DNA from: Amoebophrya sp. A120
Taxonomy: Eukaryota > Protista > Dinoflagellata
Reading direction: 5' to 3'
Length of the DNA: 64,000 bases
Assembly (NCBI GenBank): GCA_905178155.1
Contig: CAJINV010000003.1
Coordinates: 9,245,979 to 9,309,978 of the forward strand
The notes under the pieces are model-generated. The model was not told the origin of the DNA, made no database searches, and saw only the letters and a program-made list of their open reading frames with translations. Shown piece after piece: positions 1 through 12,700 of this stretch; positions within the stretch are counted from its first letter, which is position 1, and every line of letters starts with the position of its first letter. The translations under genes were made by a program, and so were the position numbers.

Positions 1-1508
1 CCGGGTAGGGCGCGCCGGGAGGGGGCTCGAGGGCGGCGTGGGCGCCCGGGACAATTCGAAATCACAGACACGCCATCGCCAGAATGCAAAAGCGACACAC
101 TACAGAGCAACGCACAAGGTGCGCTGCCATACGGTATCACACGGTCCAGCGCACCCTAGTGCTCCAGGGAACACGTGGGAAGTGCGCTTCTCTCCGCCCG
201 TCCTCGTGAGGAGCTGACTAATTAGGACGAGGCGTGTGCTGGTCCAAAAGCCCATTTTGTGCATTTTGTCGCGCCTCCTCCACCTAGTGGGTAGAGAGGG
301 GGGCTGATGAATGTTCGCGCTTTCTAAGTGCTATTCTTAGCATCTAGATGCGCTTGCGCATGACATTTAAAGCTTCGAAATACCGAAATCGAACCTACGT
401 ACAGGCAACGGTGGCTTTGCTCATGTACCAGCAACTACACATGCACCGTCAAAACTAAGCTGCTTTCATTGTCACGCAACATGGCGAATCATCCACAAAG
501 TCCTGCTGAGGCCTTGTTATTCATCTAGCCAAGATCATATCGCATACAGTCAAAAATTGATCCTGATGCTGCACGGGACAGATCTATCATGATGTCACCA
601 AAGCACGATGGAACCATATTACACAGGATCCTGGTCGTTGATCTTTGAGATTTGCGTGAAGTACTAACTACATCGCGACGTGGCAGGATCTAGTAGTGTG
701 CTGGCAGTAGTGCTTCATGGTGCTTCTATGGAGTCAGTATGTAGTACTAGCATTCGTAGTCTACTCGCAGGCTGAAAAAACGTCTCCCGCGATGTATTTG
801 CGTTGACGCTTGTGCTTCCTCCGCCAGGCAAAACAGAGTAGAAAGATGGACGACGGGGGAAGAGTGAGCCGAGGAGCAACCGAGAAGGTCAAACTACAGC
901 AGAGAACGATCCGCGCCTACCATCGCACCAACCTCATCAATACGACCCGAACTTTTTGCCAAAACCAGAAACGTGCCTGGTCCTACCAGCTACGGCTATG
1001 CATCATGGCTGCACAGCCGAGCCCTTCCCTTTTCCACTTCCTCATGCCCTCAATATATAATGCGCGAGCCACCTTGGAGTTAGATTATCGCAAGGGAAAC
1101 ATTAGCGCCCGCTGTTCATCTAACTGTTGCAATAAAACGCGCGATCGGTGTGTAGGTCCGCTTCTTCACGCTAAAAAACCGCATACCCAAAAAATGCCCG
1201 AACCTCACCTCGCGAGACCCTACAGAGAAGACACGAAGATAGAGAGGTCAGCGGGAAACCAGGACGGAGGTTAACGAGCACTACGTACATTGACTCACGT
1301 CATGCCGTCAAACGGGAGCCGCGGGCTTACATCTCTTTCGCGACCTCGAAAGCTACAAGCATCATAGCTGTCCTATGTATCTATAAAGCTATCAAATCCG
1401 AGGCATCTGCAACTTCCTTAGTGCGATGTTTTGGCGCAACCCTTACGGCGCCGCTGCAAAAATACCGACTCCAACGATTTGGGTGACAACAGATTGAAAA
1501 CTCCAGCC

Positions 1509-2540
1509 TATCCCAAAGAAAAAAGCCGGCAGGTCAGAAAAAAAATAATTAAATAATAATTGTTATTGTGAACAATAAAAGCAAAACGAAACAACAGAAA
1601 AAATTGCCGCCATACCATGCGGATTAGCTTCAGAGCAGATCAGCAATCCGCGCGAATCCAGGTGGGACTGTTATTGACAACAATAAAAGCAAAACAAAAC
1701 AACAAGAACAAATTGCCGCCATACCATGCGGATCAGCTTCAGGACAGATCAGCAATCCGCGCGAATCAGGGCGGGACGGTGATCGCCTGCGTTTTTTATT
1801 TTTGTGACGAATTTCGCCCATTCGCGCCATACCGTGCGGGCTGGGCTTCGTAGGGGGTTGCCGGCTTCGCCAATCCGCACGGCACGGCGCCCGCAGTCGG
1901 TTTTGCGGCTTTTTCCAGATTTTTTATGTTCGCGCCATAGCGCGCGGGCTGGCTTTCTGGCGAAGCTGCCGGCTTCGCGAATCCGCACGGCGCGGCGGTC
2001 CCAGTCAGCTTCTTAAATTTTGGCGCGTTTTTTTGTTTCGCGCCATACCGTGCGCGATGGGCTTCGTAAGGGATTGCCCGTTTCGCCAATCCGCATGGCA
2101 CGGCGTCCGCCGCCGGTTTCGCGACTTTTTGCAAATTTTCCCTATTCGCGCCATAGCGTGCGGGCCGGCTCTCTGGCGAAGCTGCCGGCTTCGCAAATCC
2201 GCACGGCACGGCGGCCGCGGTTAGTTTTGTGAATTTTGGCGATTTTTTTTCTTTCGCCATACCGTGCGGGCCGGGCTTCGTAAGGGGATGCCGGCTTCGC
2301 CAATCCGCACGGCACGGCGCCCGCGGTCGGTCTTGCGGCTTTTGGCGCGTTTTCATTGTTCGCGCCATACCGTGCGGGCTGGTTTTCTGGCGAAGCTGCC
2401 GGCTTCGCGAATCCGCACGGCGCGGCGGCCGCGATTAGTTTCGTCAGCTTTCGCGGGTTTTTTTCTTTCGCGCCATACCGTGCGGGCTGGCCTTCCTCAG
2501 AGGTTGCCGGCTTCGCCAATCCGCACGGCACGGCGCCCGT
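1509..2540 (+). repeat. Left long TIR built of ~108-bp subrepeats
   Basis: CGCCATA motif recurs at 1608, 1717, 1825, 1933, 2041, 2149, 2255, 2363, 2471; inner units alternate two variants (216-bp higher-order dimer). Confidence 0.9.
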
Positions 2541-2611
2541 GGTCGTTGTAGCGACTTCATCCGCGGGCGACGTCGGCTATGATTCCCCAGAGGGCGCAGC
2601 GACTTTGCTGG

Positions 2612-5600
2612 GGTCTGCCAGTCTCCACGGATAGAGGGGGGGCCGCATTTTTGGCATTCCCAAGCGCTGAAGAACTTGGCGAGGCTTTGAAGTCTTGCCG
2701 CATCTGATTCCGGCGATCACGAATATTCGAGAAGATTCGAAAAGCTGGCAAAACCTTCGACAACTTCCAAACTCCTGCCTTCCCATTTTGAAGCGATTCC
2801 GAATATTCGAAAGCATCCGCCAAAAACTTCCAGAAGAGGGCGCAACTTATTTGGACTATGCCAGTCTCCCCAGATAGAGGCGGGGGCGCATTTTTGGCAT
2901 TCCCAAGCGTTGCAAAACTTGGCGAGGATTTGCCGGCTCGCCGCCTCTGATTCCGGCGATCGCGAATCTTCGAGAAGATTCGAAAAGCTGGCAAGCCCTT
3001 CCCTTCGACAACTTTCAAACTCCTGCCTTTCCCATTTTGAAGCGATTCCGAATATTCGAAAGCATCCGCCAAAAATTTCCAGAAGAGGACGCAATTTATT
3101 TGGACTATGCCAGTCTCCCCAGATAGAGGCGGGGGGCGCATTTTTGGCATTCCCAAGCTTTGCAAAACTTGGCGAGGATTTGCCGCCTCGCCGCCTCTGA
3201 TTCTGGCGATCACGAATATTCGAGAATATTCGAAAAGCTGGCAAAACCTTCGACAACTTTCAAACTCCTGCCTTCCCATTTTGAAGCGATTCCGAATATT
3301 CGAAAGCATCCGCCAAAAATTTCCAGAAGAGGACGCAATTTATTTGGACTATGCCAGTCTCCCCAGATAGAGGCGGGGGGCGCATTTTTGGCATTCCCAA
3401 GCGTTGCAAAACTTGGCGAGGATTTGCCGCCTCGCCGCCTCTGATTCTGGCGATCACGAATATTCGAGAATATTCGAAAAGCTGGCAAAACCTTCGACAA
3501 CTTTCAAACTCCTGCCTTCCCATTTTGAAGCGATTCCGAATATTCGAAAGCATCCGCCAAAAATTTCCAGAAGAGGACGTAATTTATTTGGACTATGCCA
3601 GTCTCCCCAGATAGAGGCGGGGGGCGCATTTTTGGCATTCCCAAGCGTTGCAAAACTTGGCGAGGATTTGCCGCCTCGCCGCCTCTGATTCTGGCGATCA
3701 CGAATATTCGAGAATATTCGAAAAGCTGGCAAAACCTTCGACAACTTTCAAACTCCTGCCTTCCCATTTTGAAGCGATTCCGAATATTCGAAAGCATCCG
3801 CCAAAAATTTCCAGAAGAGGACGTAATTTATTTGGACTATGCCAGTCTCCCCAGATAGAGGCGGGGGTCGCATTTTTGGCATTCCCAAGCGTTGCAAAAC
3901 TTGGCGAGGATTTGCCGTCTCGCCGCCTCTGATTCTGGCGATCACGAATATTCGAGAATATTCGAAAAGCTGGCAAAACCTTCGACAACTTTCAAACTCC
4001 TGCCTTCCCATTTTGAAGCGATTCCGAATATTCGAAAGCATCCGCCAAAAATTTCCAGAAGAGGACGTAATTTATTTGGACTATGCCAGTCTCCCCAGAT
4101 AGAGGCGGGGGTCGCATTTTTGGCATTCCCAAGCGTTGCAAAACTTGGCGAGGATTTGCCGTCTCGCCGCCTCTGATTCTGGCGATCACGAATATTCGAG
4201 AATATTCGAAAAGCTGGCAAAACCTTCGACAACTTTCAAACTCCTGCCTTCCCATTTTGAAGCGATTCCGAATATTCGAAAGCATCCGCCAAAAATTTCC
4301 AGAAGAGGACGTAATTTATTTGGACTATGCCAGTCTCCCCAGATAGAGGCGGGGGTCGCATTTTTGGCATTCCCAAGCGTTGCAAAACTTGGCGAGGATT
4401 TGCCGTCTCGCCGCCTCTGATTCTGGCGATCACGAATATTCGAGAATATTCGAAAAGCTGGCAAAACCTTCGACAACTTTCAAACTCCTGCCTTCCCATT
4501 TTGAAGCGATTCCGAATATTCGAAAGCATCCGCCAAAAATTTCCAGAAGAGGACGTAATTTATTTGGACTATGCCAGTCTCCCCAGATAGAGGCGGGGGT
4601 CGCATTTTTGGCATTCCCAAGCGTTGCAAAACTTGGCGAGGATTTGCCGCCTCGCCGCCTCTGATTCTGGCGATCACGAATATTCGAGAATATTCGAAAA
4701 GCTGGCAAAACCTTCGACAACTTTCAAACTCCTGCCTTCCCATTTTGAAGCGATTCCGAATATTCGAAAGCATCCGCCAAAAATTTCCAGAAGAGGACGT
4801 AATTTATTTGGACTATGCCAGTCTCCCCAGATAGAGGCGGGGGTCGCATTTTTGGCATTCCCAAGCGTTGCAAAACTTGGCGAGGATTTGCCGCCTCGCC
4901 GCCTCTGATTCTGGCGATCACGAATATTCGAGAATATTCGAAAAGCTGGCAAAACCTTCGACAACTTTCAAACTCCTGCCTTCCCATTTTGAAGCGATTC
5001 CGAATATTCGAAAGCATCCGCCAAAAATTTCCAGAAGAGGACGTAATTTATTTGGACTATGCCAGTCTCCCCAGATAGAGGCGGGGGTCGCATTTTTGGC
5101 ATTCCCAAGCGTTGCAAAACTTGGCGAGGATTTGCCGCCTCGCCGCCTCTGATTCTGGCGATCACGAATATTCGAGAATATTCGAAAAGCTGGCAAAACC
5201 TTCGACAACTTTCAAACTCCTGCCTTCCCATTTTGAAGCGATTCCGAATATTCGAAAGCATCCGCCAAAAATTTCCAGAAGAGGACGTAATTTATTTGGA
5301 CTATGCCAGTCTCCCCAGATAGAGGCGGGGGTCGCATTTTTGGCATTCCCAAGCGTTGCAAAACTTGGCGAGGATTTGCCGCCTCGCCGCCTCTGATTCT
5401 GGCGATCACGAATATTCGAGAATATTCGAAAAGCTGGCAAAACCTTCGACAACTTTCAAACTCCTGCCTTCCCATTTTGAAGCGATTCCGAATATTCGAA
5501 AGCATCCGCCAAAAATTTCCAGAAGAGGACGTAATTTATTTGGACTATGCCAGTCTCCCCAGATAGAGGCGGGGGTCGCATTTTTGGCATTCCCAAGCGT

Positions 5601-6450
5601 TGCAAAACTTGGCGAGGATTTGCCGCCTCGCCGCCTCTGATTCTGGCGATCACGAATATTCGAGAATATTCGAAAAGCTGGCAAAACCTTCGACAACTTT
5701 CAAACTCCTGCCTTCCCATTTTGAAGCGATTCCGAATATTCGAAAGCATCCGCCAAAAATTTCCAGAAGAGGACGTAATTTATTTGGACTATGCCAGTCT
5801 CCCCAGATAGAGGCGGGGGTCGCATTTTTGGCATTCCCAAGCGTTGCAAAACTTGGCGAGGATTTGCCGCCTCGCCGCCTCTGATTCTGGCGATCACGAA
5901 TATTCGAGAATATTCGAAAAGCTGGCAAAACCTTCGACAACTTTCAAACTCCTGCCTTCCCATTTTGAAGCGATTCCGAATATTCGAAAGCATCCGCCAA
6001 AAATTTCCAGAAGAGGACGTAATTTATTTGGACTATGCCAGTCTCCCCAGATAGAGGCGGGGGTCGCATTTTTGGCATTCCCAAGCGTTGCAAAACTTGG
6101 CGAGGATTTGCCGCCTCGCCGCCTCTGATTCTGGCGATCACGAATATTCGAGAATATTCGAAAAGCTGGCAAAACCTTCGACAACTTTCAAACTCCTGCC
6201 TTCCCATTTTGAAGCGATTCCGAATATTCGAAAGCATCCGCCAAAAATTTCCAGAAGCGGACGCAATTTATTTGGACTATGCCAGTCTCCCCAGATAGAG
6301 GCGGGGGTCGCATTTTTGGCATTCCCAAGCGTTTTGGGATAAAGCTTGGCGAGGATTTGCCGCCGCGCCGCCTCTGATTCCGGCGATCACGAATATTCGA
6401 GAATATTCGAAAAGCTGGCAAAACCTTCGACAGCTTTCAAACTCCTGCGC
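2612..6450. repeat. Tandem array of 244-bp units (~16 copies, last partial)
   Basis: GGACTATGCCAGTCTCCCCAGATAGAGG recurs at 2853, 3102, then every 244 bp to 6274; edge units diverged, central units identical. Confidence 0.97.
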
Positions 6451-6559
6451 GCCTTCCTATTTCGAACCGATTCGCAGCATTCGAATGCATGCGCGGACGA
6501 ACTCGGCCAAAACTTACAGAAGAAAACAGCAAACCCGCCAAAATTTACGCCGAGCCATA

Positions 6560-7553
6560 AACTCGCCAAGCGGCGCGGAGCGAAAGCAACAAACCCGCCA
6601 AAATTTACAAAACTAATTGCGGCCGCCGTGCCGTGCGGATTCGCGAAGCCGGCAGCTTCGCCAGAAAGCCCGCCCGCGCGATATGGTGCGAACGATGAAA
6701 ATTCGCGAAAAACCGCAAAACCGACTGCGGGCGCCGCGCCGTGCGGATTGGCGGCGCCGGCAGCGAACCTCTTACGAAGCCCAGCCCGCACGGTATGGCG
6801 CGAAAGCAAAAAAATCGCAACAAGTTACGTACAAAACTAATCGCTGCCGCCCTGCCATGCGGATTTGCGAAGCCGGCAGCTTCGCCAGAAAGCCAGCCCG
6901 CACGCTATGGCGCGAACATAAAAAATTTGCAAAAAGTCGCAAAGCCGATCGCGGGCGCCGCGCCGTGCGGATTGGCGAAGCCGGCAACCCCTTAGGAAGC
7001 CCAGCCCGCACGGTATGGCGCGAAAGAAAAAAACTCGCGAAAATTTAGAAAAACCAAATGCGGCCGCCGTGCCGTGCGGATTCGCGAAGCCGGCAGCTTC
7101 GCCAGCAAGCCAGCCCGCACGCTATGGCGCGAACATAGAAAATCTGGAAAAAGCCGCAAAACCGACTGCGGGCGCCGTGCCGTGCGGATTGGCGAAGCCG
7201 GCAACCCCCTACGAAGCCCAGCCCGCACGGTATGGCGCGAATGGGCGAAATTCGTCACAAAAATAAAAAACGCAGGCGATCACCGTCCCGCCCTGATTCG
7301 CGCGGATTGCTGATCTGTCCTGAAGCTGATCCGCATGGTATGGCGGCAATTTGTTCTTGTTGTTTTGTTTTGCTTTTATTGTTGACAATAACAGTCCCAC
7401 CTGGATTCGCGCGGATTGCTGATCTGCTCTGAAGCTAATCCGCATGGTATGGCGGCAATTTTTTTTGTTGTTTTGTTTTGCTTTTATTGTTGACAATAAC
7501 AATTATTATTTAATTATTTTTTTTCTGACCTGCCGGCTTTTTTCTTTGGGATA
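6560..7553 (-). repeat. Right long TIR (inverted copy of the left arm)
   Basis: 7075-7553 is a near-exact reverse complement of 1509-~1990; the inner 108-bp units are more diverged. Confidence 0.9.
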
Positions 7554-8668
7554 CAGCCGCAGCATTACAAAGACAAGTCACGGAGGGAAAGAGAACAGCC
7601 TGACGGCACGCTGTCGCCGCGTACTGAGATCCTCAGTTAGACAAGGGGGGACCGACGTCGAAATATGTGCTGCGATTGTGCAGTGACACAGCATGTACAC
7701 ATCTGCACGCGTGAGGGGCACCCCGGAACGCACCGGTTGCGTTTTTATTGCGGCTAAAGTACTCACATTCCTCATTGCGGCCCGATTGGGGTTTTTCAGA
7801 GATAATTATTGTAGACTTTTTCGCTAAGCTGGCATTGCGACAAAGGGACGCAACAAAATTGAAAAACTGTGACTCGATTGCATTTTCAAGTGCAACGCTG
7901 GACTTTGATAAACCTCACGAATGAGTCGACGCACGGCCGCAGGCGCCAACAGTTGTTGGCCAACAATGTAAGTAGGCGCGACGCCGCTGGCATCCTGGAA
8001 CGCGGCCGCCCAGCTTAAGCACGCACGTTGTATGGTACTTCTGGCATAAGTCGACGTGACCACAACCAGCAACATTGCATTTCTGACGGTGTGCGTGAGG
8101 TCAAGTCGCCCGCGTGGCACGGGCTTCACTCGGGGACTCGAACATTCCTAGATCAAGACACAACATTTGATGGTAGTGATCAAAGAGCGACTAGACTTCA
8201 TTTTCAATGAGCTCGAACTCCGCTTCCGCATCCTCGGACCCGCCTGTGCTGTGATGCTGTGTATGCACTGCAAATATTTGTAATCAGGAGTGGAATACAG
8301 ACGCACAAGCTGAAGGTAAAACGCCCCAAGAAATCCCTATCTCCCCGGCAAGGAACTTTATGAAGTCCTAACCTACATCAAGTTCAAGTGCACTGTAGAA
8401 CTGCAAATACATCAAACTCAATGTAAGTACACAATCAGAACAAGTAGCAACGGCTCACCCTACACAGTGCACTTCAATTCGTGCGCCTTGTGCCAACAAT
8501 TCGAGTTACGCACTGAAGAATCAGTACTAGACTCGCTTTCGCGATGAAAATACGCTTGAAAATTGGCACTGCTGAGGCTGACGTTGGGCATGACTTGGAT
8601 CAAAAAGAGCACTCCTGCCTCTGGACAACCTGAGTGCTCTTCTTGTCGGGGTTCACATACCACGCTCA

Positions 8669-9746
8669 TCAACCAGCATCTACGCTGTTCCCGTTCCTGA
8701 CCCGGCCCTGTACAATATTTAGATACGGACTCACCTGTCCGAGCATTTCCCAATCGCGCGGACTGTGGGGGCTAGCCGGCACGGAGTCGCCCTGCGGGAA
8801 AAGCGGCGGCGTCCGTTGCAAAGCATCAGTGGGCCGGCCAACATCCAACACAGGTTGCAGCGGCTGGCTTGACGGATTCCCCGCGCCCGTCTGTGCGTGT
8901 GCCGCTCCTGCTCCTTGACGTGGCGGCTTCTGGCCCTCTGGACAAGAAGAGCACTGTGTCGCATCTTCCGATCCGAGTTGTGACTTGGGCTGACGGCACT
9001 CCTGCTCGTCCGACGTAAAAATACTAAGCGTAGTACTGGGCAGGGCGGCGCTGCCGTTCGCCGTCTCCTCCCTCGTCTCTCTCCCGCCTTGCCGCTCCAC
9101 TACAGGCAGGAAGACGCGCGTAGAAGATACGGCACGATCATCACCTTTGCGCGTTGCTGCAGCTGCTCCACTCCCTTTACCAAAATCCGTGACGCGCGGC
9201 GACGACATCAAAGAAGCCCCGGCTTGCTGAACCTGCTCCCATTCTTGCAGGCTTGACTTACAGCTTCGACGCCCAGACGTTTCGGACGCCTGGAATACCT
9301 CGCCAAGAAGAGCTTCGAAAACTTCAAAACGCAAGGCGTGGGCAAGAAGCAAATCCTGAGCCGTAGGCGAGAAGCATCAAATCGCAGCGGAAATACCATG
9401 GGAAGTAAGGCCTCTCAGGGCTTTTAGGCAGTAGCGCTTCACACGCCCAGTGCCGAGGCCGCAATTGGCGCACCAAAGTACGCCAGAGCTCAGTAGTCGC
9501 AGCACAAATCGAGCAACGAAACAGGCAAGGCATTGCCGCCGGGAGAGCGAGCACATACAAGCGCGCCCGCCCGTGCCGGTATGTGCTGCTTTCCCTGCAG
9601 CTGTCGGCACGCTCTTTTCTCGGCAGCGGCAAACAAGATCTTCTCGCGGCCGTAGGCGCCCAGGCCTCCTCGCGAGCCGAGAGGCTGTTGCCGTTCTTTT
9701 TGGCGTCTCTAAACAAACTTTTTGGTGAAATCTTGTTCTTTAGCAA
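8669..9746 (-). CDS. Low-complexity coding exons, possibly the C-terminal extension of the synaptojanin-like gene
   Basis: ORFs 8669-9352 and 9324-9746 are Ser/Ala/Pro-rich like neighbouring exons; exon joins unresolved. Confidence 0.35.
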
Positions 9747-9767
9747 GATAGCATAGCGTTGTTCTTT

Positions 9768-12700
9768 TTATGCATAATATGCATTAGCATAAGCGAGCGA
9801 CGCGACTTGACTAAATGAGAGGTCTTCTGTAGACTGTTTGAGGTATTCCACGGCCCCATGAACGCCCGGCATCGGAGGAGTACCTGACAGCTCTCCATTA
9901 TCCAGAAAAAAAAGTGTGTAAGTGTAACTTTCTTTGAGGAACAGCATCACAAATTTGCTTTGTCATGCGTGGCTTGTAAGGCAAAACACACCTGAAAAGA
10001 GAGCTTCGTGGCTGTCTGGCATGACAGGTGTAACTCTGTTGCATGTTCTGCAACACAAATTTACACTTACACAGTTTTTTTCTTGCATATCCATGCTCTT
10101 CCCGGTCATGGAATTCGAGTAGTACTCCTTCGAGGTATATCAACTGCAAATATGTCTGGGTCTGGAAGGATGCGAACTTGTGATGCGTGTTGCGGATCAT
10201 GCAAAAATTTGTGTTGCATGACTTGCAAAAGGTCCCCATTTCTAGCCATTTTTTCATTTCATTTCATTCAGAAGGGCGCTTCTCATGCATCGCATCGCAT
10301 CGTATCGCATCGTAGTGACCTTTGACTCCTGTCAGGGTGGCGTTGGAACAGCTTTAGCCCCTGCCAATACCTGGGCGTTAGAACAGATTTCGCCTCTGCC
10401 AATACCCCTCACCATCATCATCATTGAGACGGACCCCCTGTGGTCGTCCTCACGGCGTCGTCTTGGCCCTAGGCTGTTTCGGACAGATGTTGGTTGTGTC
10501 CGGCGTGAGGACGGCTCTGCATGGGCCTCATGCAGAGAAGGCATTTCTCATGCAGAATAGGCTTCACCAAGGGGCTGCAGGACCTGTGAGGACGCTAGGC
10601 CCTGCATTCCAGACCTGGCAGAGCTTGGAAAAACGGCATGACAAATCTCGGAATTTTCCAGACCCAGACATATTTGCATTTCATAAGGTAGTCGAGGACC
10701 ACGGGGCGGTGATCGCTTCCCGTGCAATTGAAATACGCGGTGTACCCCAAAAAGGCCTTCTCCGCGTGGCGACTGCTCAAGTAGGCGCCGCTGGACGCCA
10801 CCTCGTGCCTGGCCAAAGCTGCGGCGTGCGAGTCGTGCTGGCCTGTCAGATGATGACTGTGTCCGCCTCCACCGCCGGGAACTACTGACGTCCTGGAGCT
10901 GCTGGAGGTCGCCGCACAACTTTCAACATCGCTAGAATCCGTTTCGCCCGAAGTGGATGTTGACTGCGGCTGGTCATTGCAGCCTACATTCGCCCCCAAG
11001 GATTGCGCCCTTTTTAACGGAAGCACTTTGATGTCATCTCCTGTCGCGAATCTCGTGGCTACGGAGGGTGAAAGGGCTTCCGCAGATTGAGACGGCACCA
11101 GAGACGAAAAGGATGACAGGGGCAATGCCCCTGTGCCTTGTTGATTCAGCGGACGTCTTCGCAAAACAACGTCTGCCCCATCCTCGTGCAAATGCCGGTG
11201 CGCCGGAACTTTCAGACCGCGCCCGGCAAACAAAATCCGATCACACCAGGCCGGTTGGCGCGACACATCGTAGTGGTACTCTTCTCTGTGAAGCCGGTAA
11301 GTCGGAGGAAACGCGATCGGCATCTCGCGAAGCGCAAGATAGTTCTTGTTCATTCGTGTGGCTACATCTACTCCTGGCGTTTTTCCCAGCTCGCCGGTGT
11401 GCTCTTGCAGACTCAACATGGATGCTGCAGAGATAAGGAAGTCCATATTCAAAGCACGCAACTATAAAAGGTAAAACTCGTCACGTTACTAGATGAAACA
11501 TAGAATAGTCAGGGTACGCAAATTACTCGCGGAAACGACGAGAGTTGTATCAAGGTACGAGGTAGATTTACGCTTACCTTTCTCGTTGAGGTACTGATCA
11601 AACCTGCACAGGTCCCGCCAATGCTTGTAAACGTGGTCGGAATGCCGCGCGGTCGCGCGAAATGGGTCCAACTCTGCGTCGGTGAAGGCAGTGGGGTCAT
11701 AAACATCACTGAGCTGCTCGAACTTAACGCCACCTGCGCTCCCGGTTGATGGGCCCGCAACCGCACTCGAACCACTTCCACGACCCGCGGGCCCAACGAC
11801 CCCAGCCTTCGGAGCTGGCGAAGCACCGCAACCGCTGCTACTTGTGTCAATCCGCGTTTTTAGGAGACGAAAGTTAAAGTCACCAGCACAGATCACAATG
11901 TCATAATTGAAGCGGCTCTTGTCGCTATTCCAGATCCGTCCAGACTGGAGGATGTTTGTCAGTTGCGCGTACCGCCGCGAGGCGTTTGTAATACCGCTCT
12001 CCAGGTGGACGTTGGCGAAGCACAGAGTCGTATCCAAAAGCTGGTATTACAATGAAAAATGCCCCCTCCCCATATCAAAACGGAAATCTGTGATGCAGAT
12101 TTGTGGTCACAAATCAGGTTTGTGATGCTAGAAGGCAAAAGATGCGGACTGTAGTGCTGTCTAGCGTGGGAAAGCCTTGCAGCTCCAGGATGACAGTAGG
12201 CAACTGGAAGTGGGAAACAGCATGACAGATTACCTGCAATTTAGGCCGCAGCTTCGTCTCTTGGCCTTCTATTTGTGTACTCAAATACAGCATCACAAAT
12301 TCGCGCATCTTCCGTTTCCGATATGGGGTGGGGGCTTTTTTCACTTTGATAGCTGGAAGTTCAGCACCACCGCGCCCTTGTTTCCAGCCATGCCGCCCAT
12401 GCCCTCCGGAATATCGCAGCTGCCAATGCGGGAAATCATAGGAGCGAGGTGGTCTGCCACAAACACAACCGAATACTGTCCGATCATCCCGCAACCCTTC
12501 ACTTTCGAGTAGCTCACGTGAGAAAATAGCTTCTCCGACGTAGTGCTGGTCCCACCTCTGAGATTGAGACTCGCACCAGCAGGCTGCTTCGTGGGTGGGT
12601 TGGGAAGATGAACCCCGCTCCTACTAGCCTCCGCAGTCGACTCAGGGCGACCGCTCGCTCGTGGCGGAAGGCTCAGGTCGTAAGAACGAGGTTCGCCAAG

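Larger units (their letters stand above)
1509..7553. mobile_element. Non-autonomous foldback-like TIR element (6045 bp) with satellite core
   Basis: Ends 5'-TATCCCAAAGAAAAAAGCCGGCAGGTCAG... and ...CTGACCTGCCGGCTTTTTTCTTTGGGATA-3' are reverse complements. Flanked by direct repeat CAGCC at 1504-1508 and 7554-7558. ~1-kb inverted arms; no transposase-like ORF. Confidence 0.93.

Noticed and set aside
1796-2634. Repetitive ORFs (AVPCGLAKPA...) in the TIR arms, mirrored at 6346-7313
   Set aside because: The 108-bp unit keeps several frames open on both strands, and indels break the frame; no coding evidence.
2557-6421. Dozens of repeated 87-97-aa ORFs
   Set aside because: By-products of a 244-bp period (not a multiple of 3); no protein motif.
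2612-6450. CRISPR array
   Set aside because: Units are contiguous and near-identical with no unique spacers; no cas genes; eukaryotic context.
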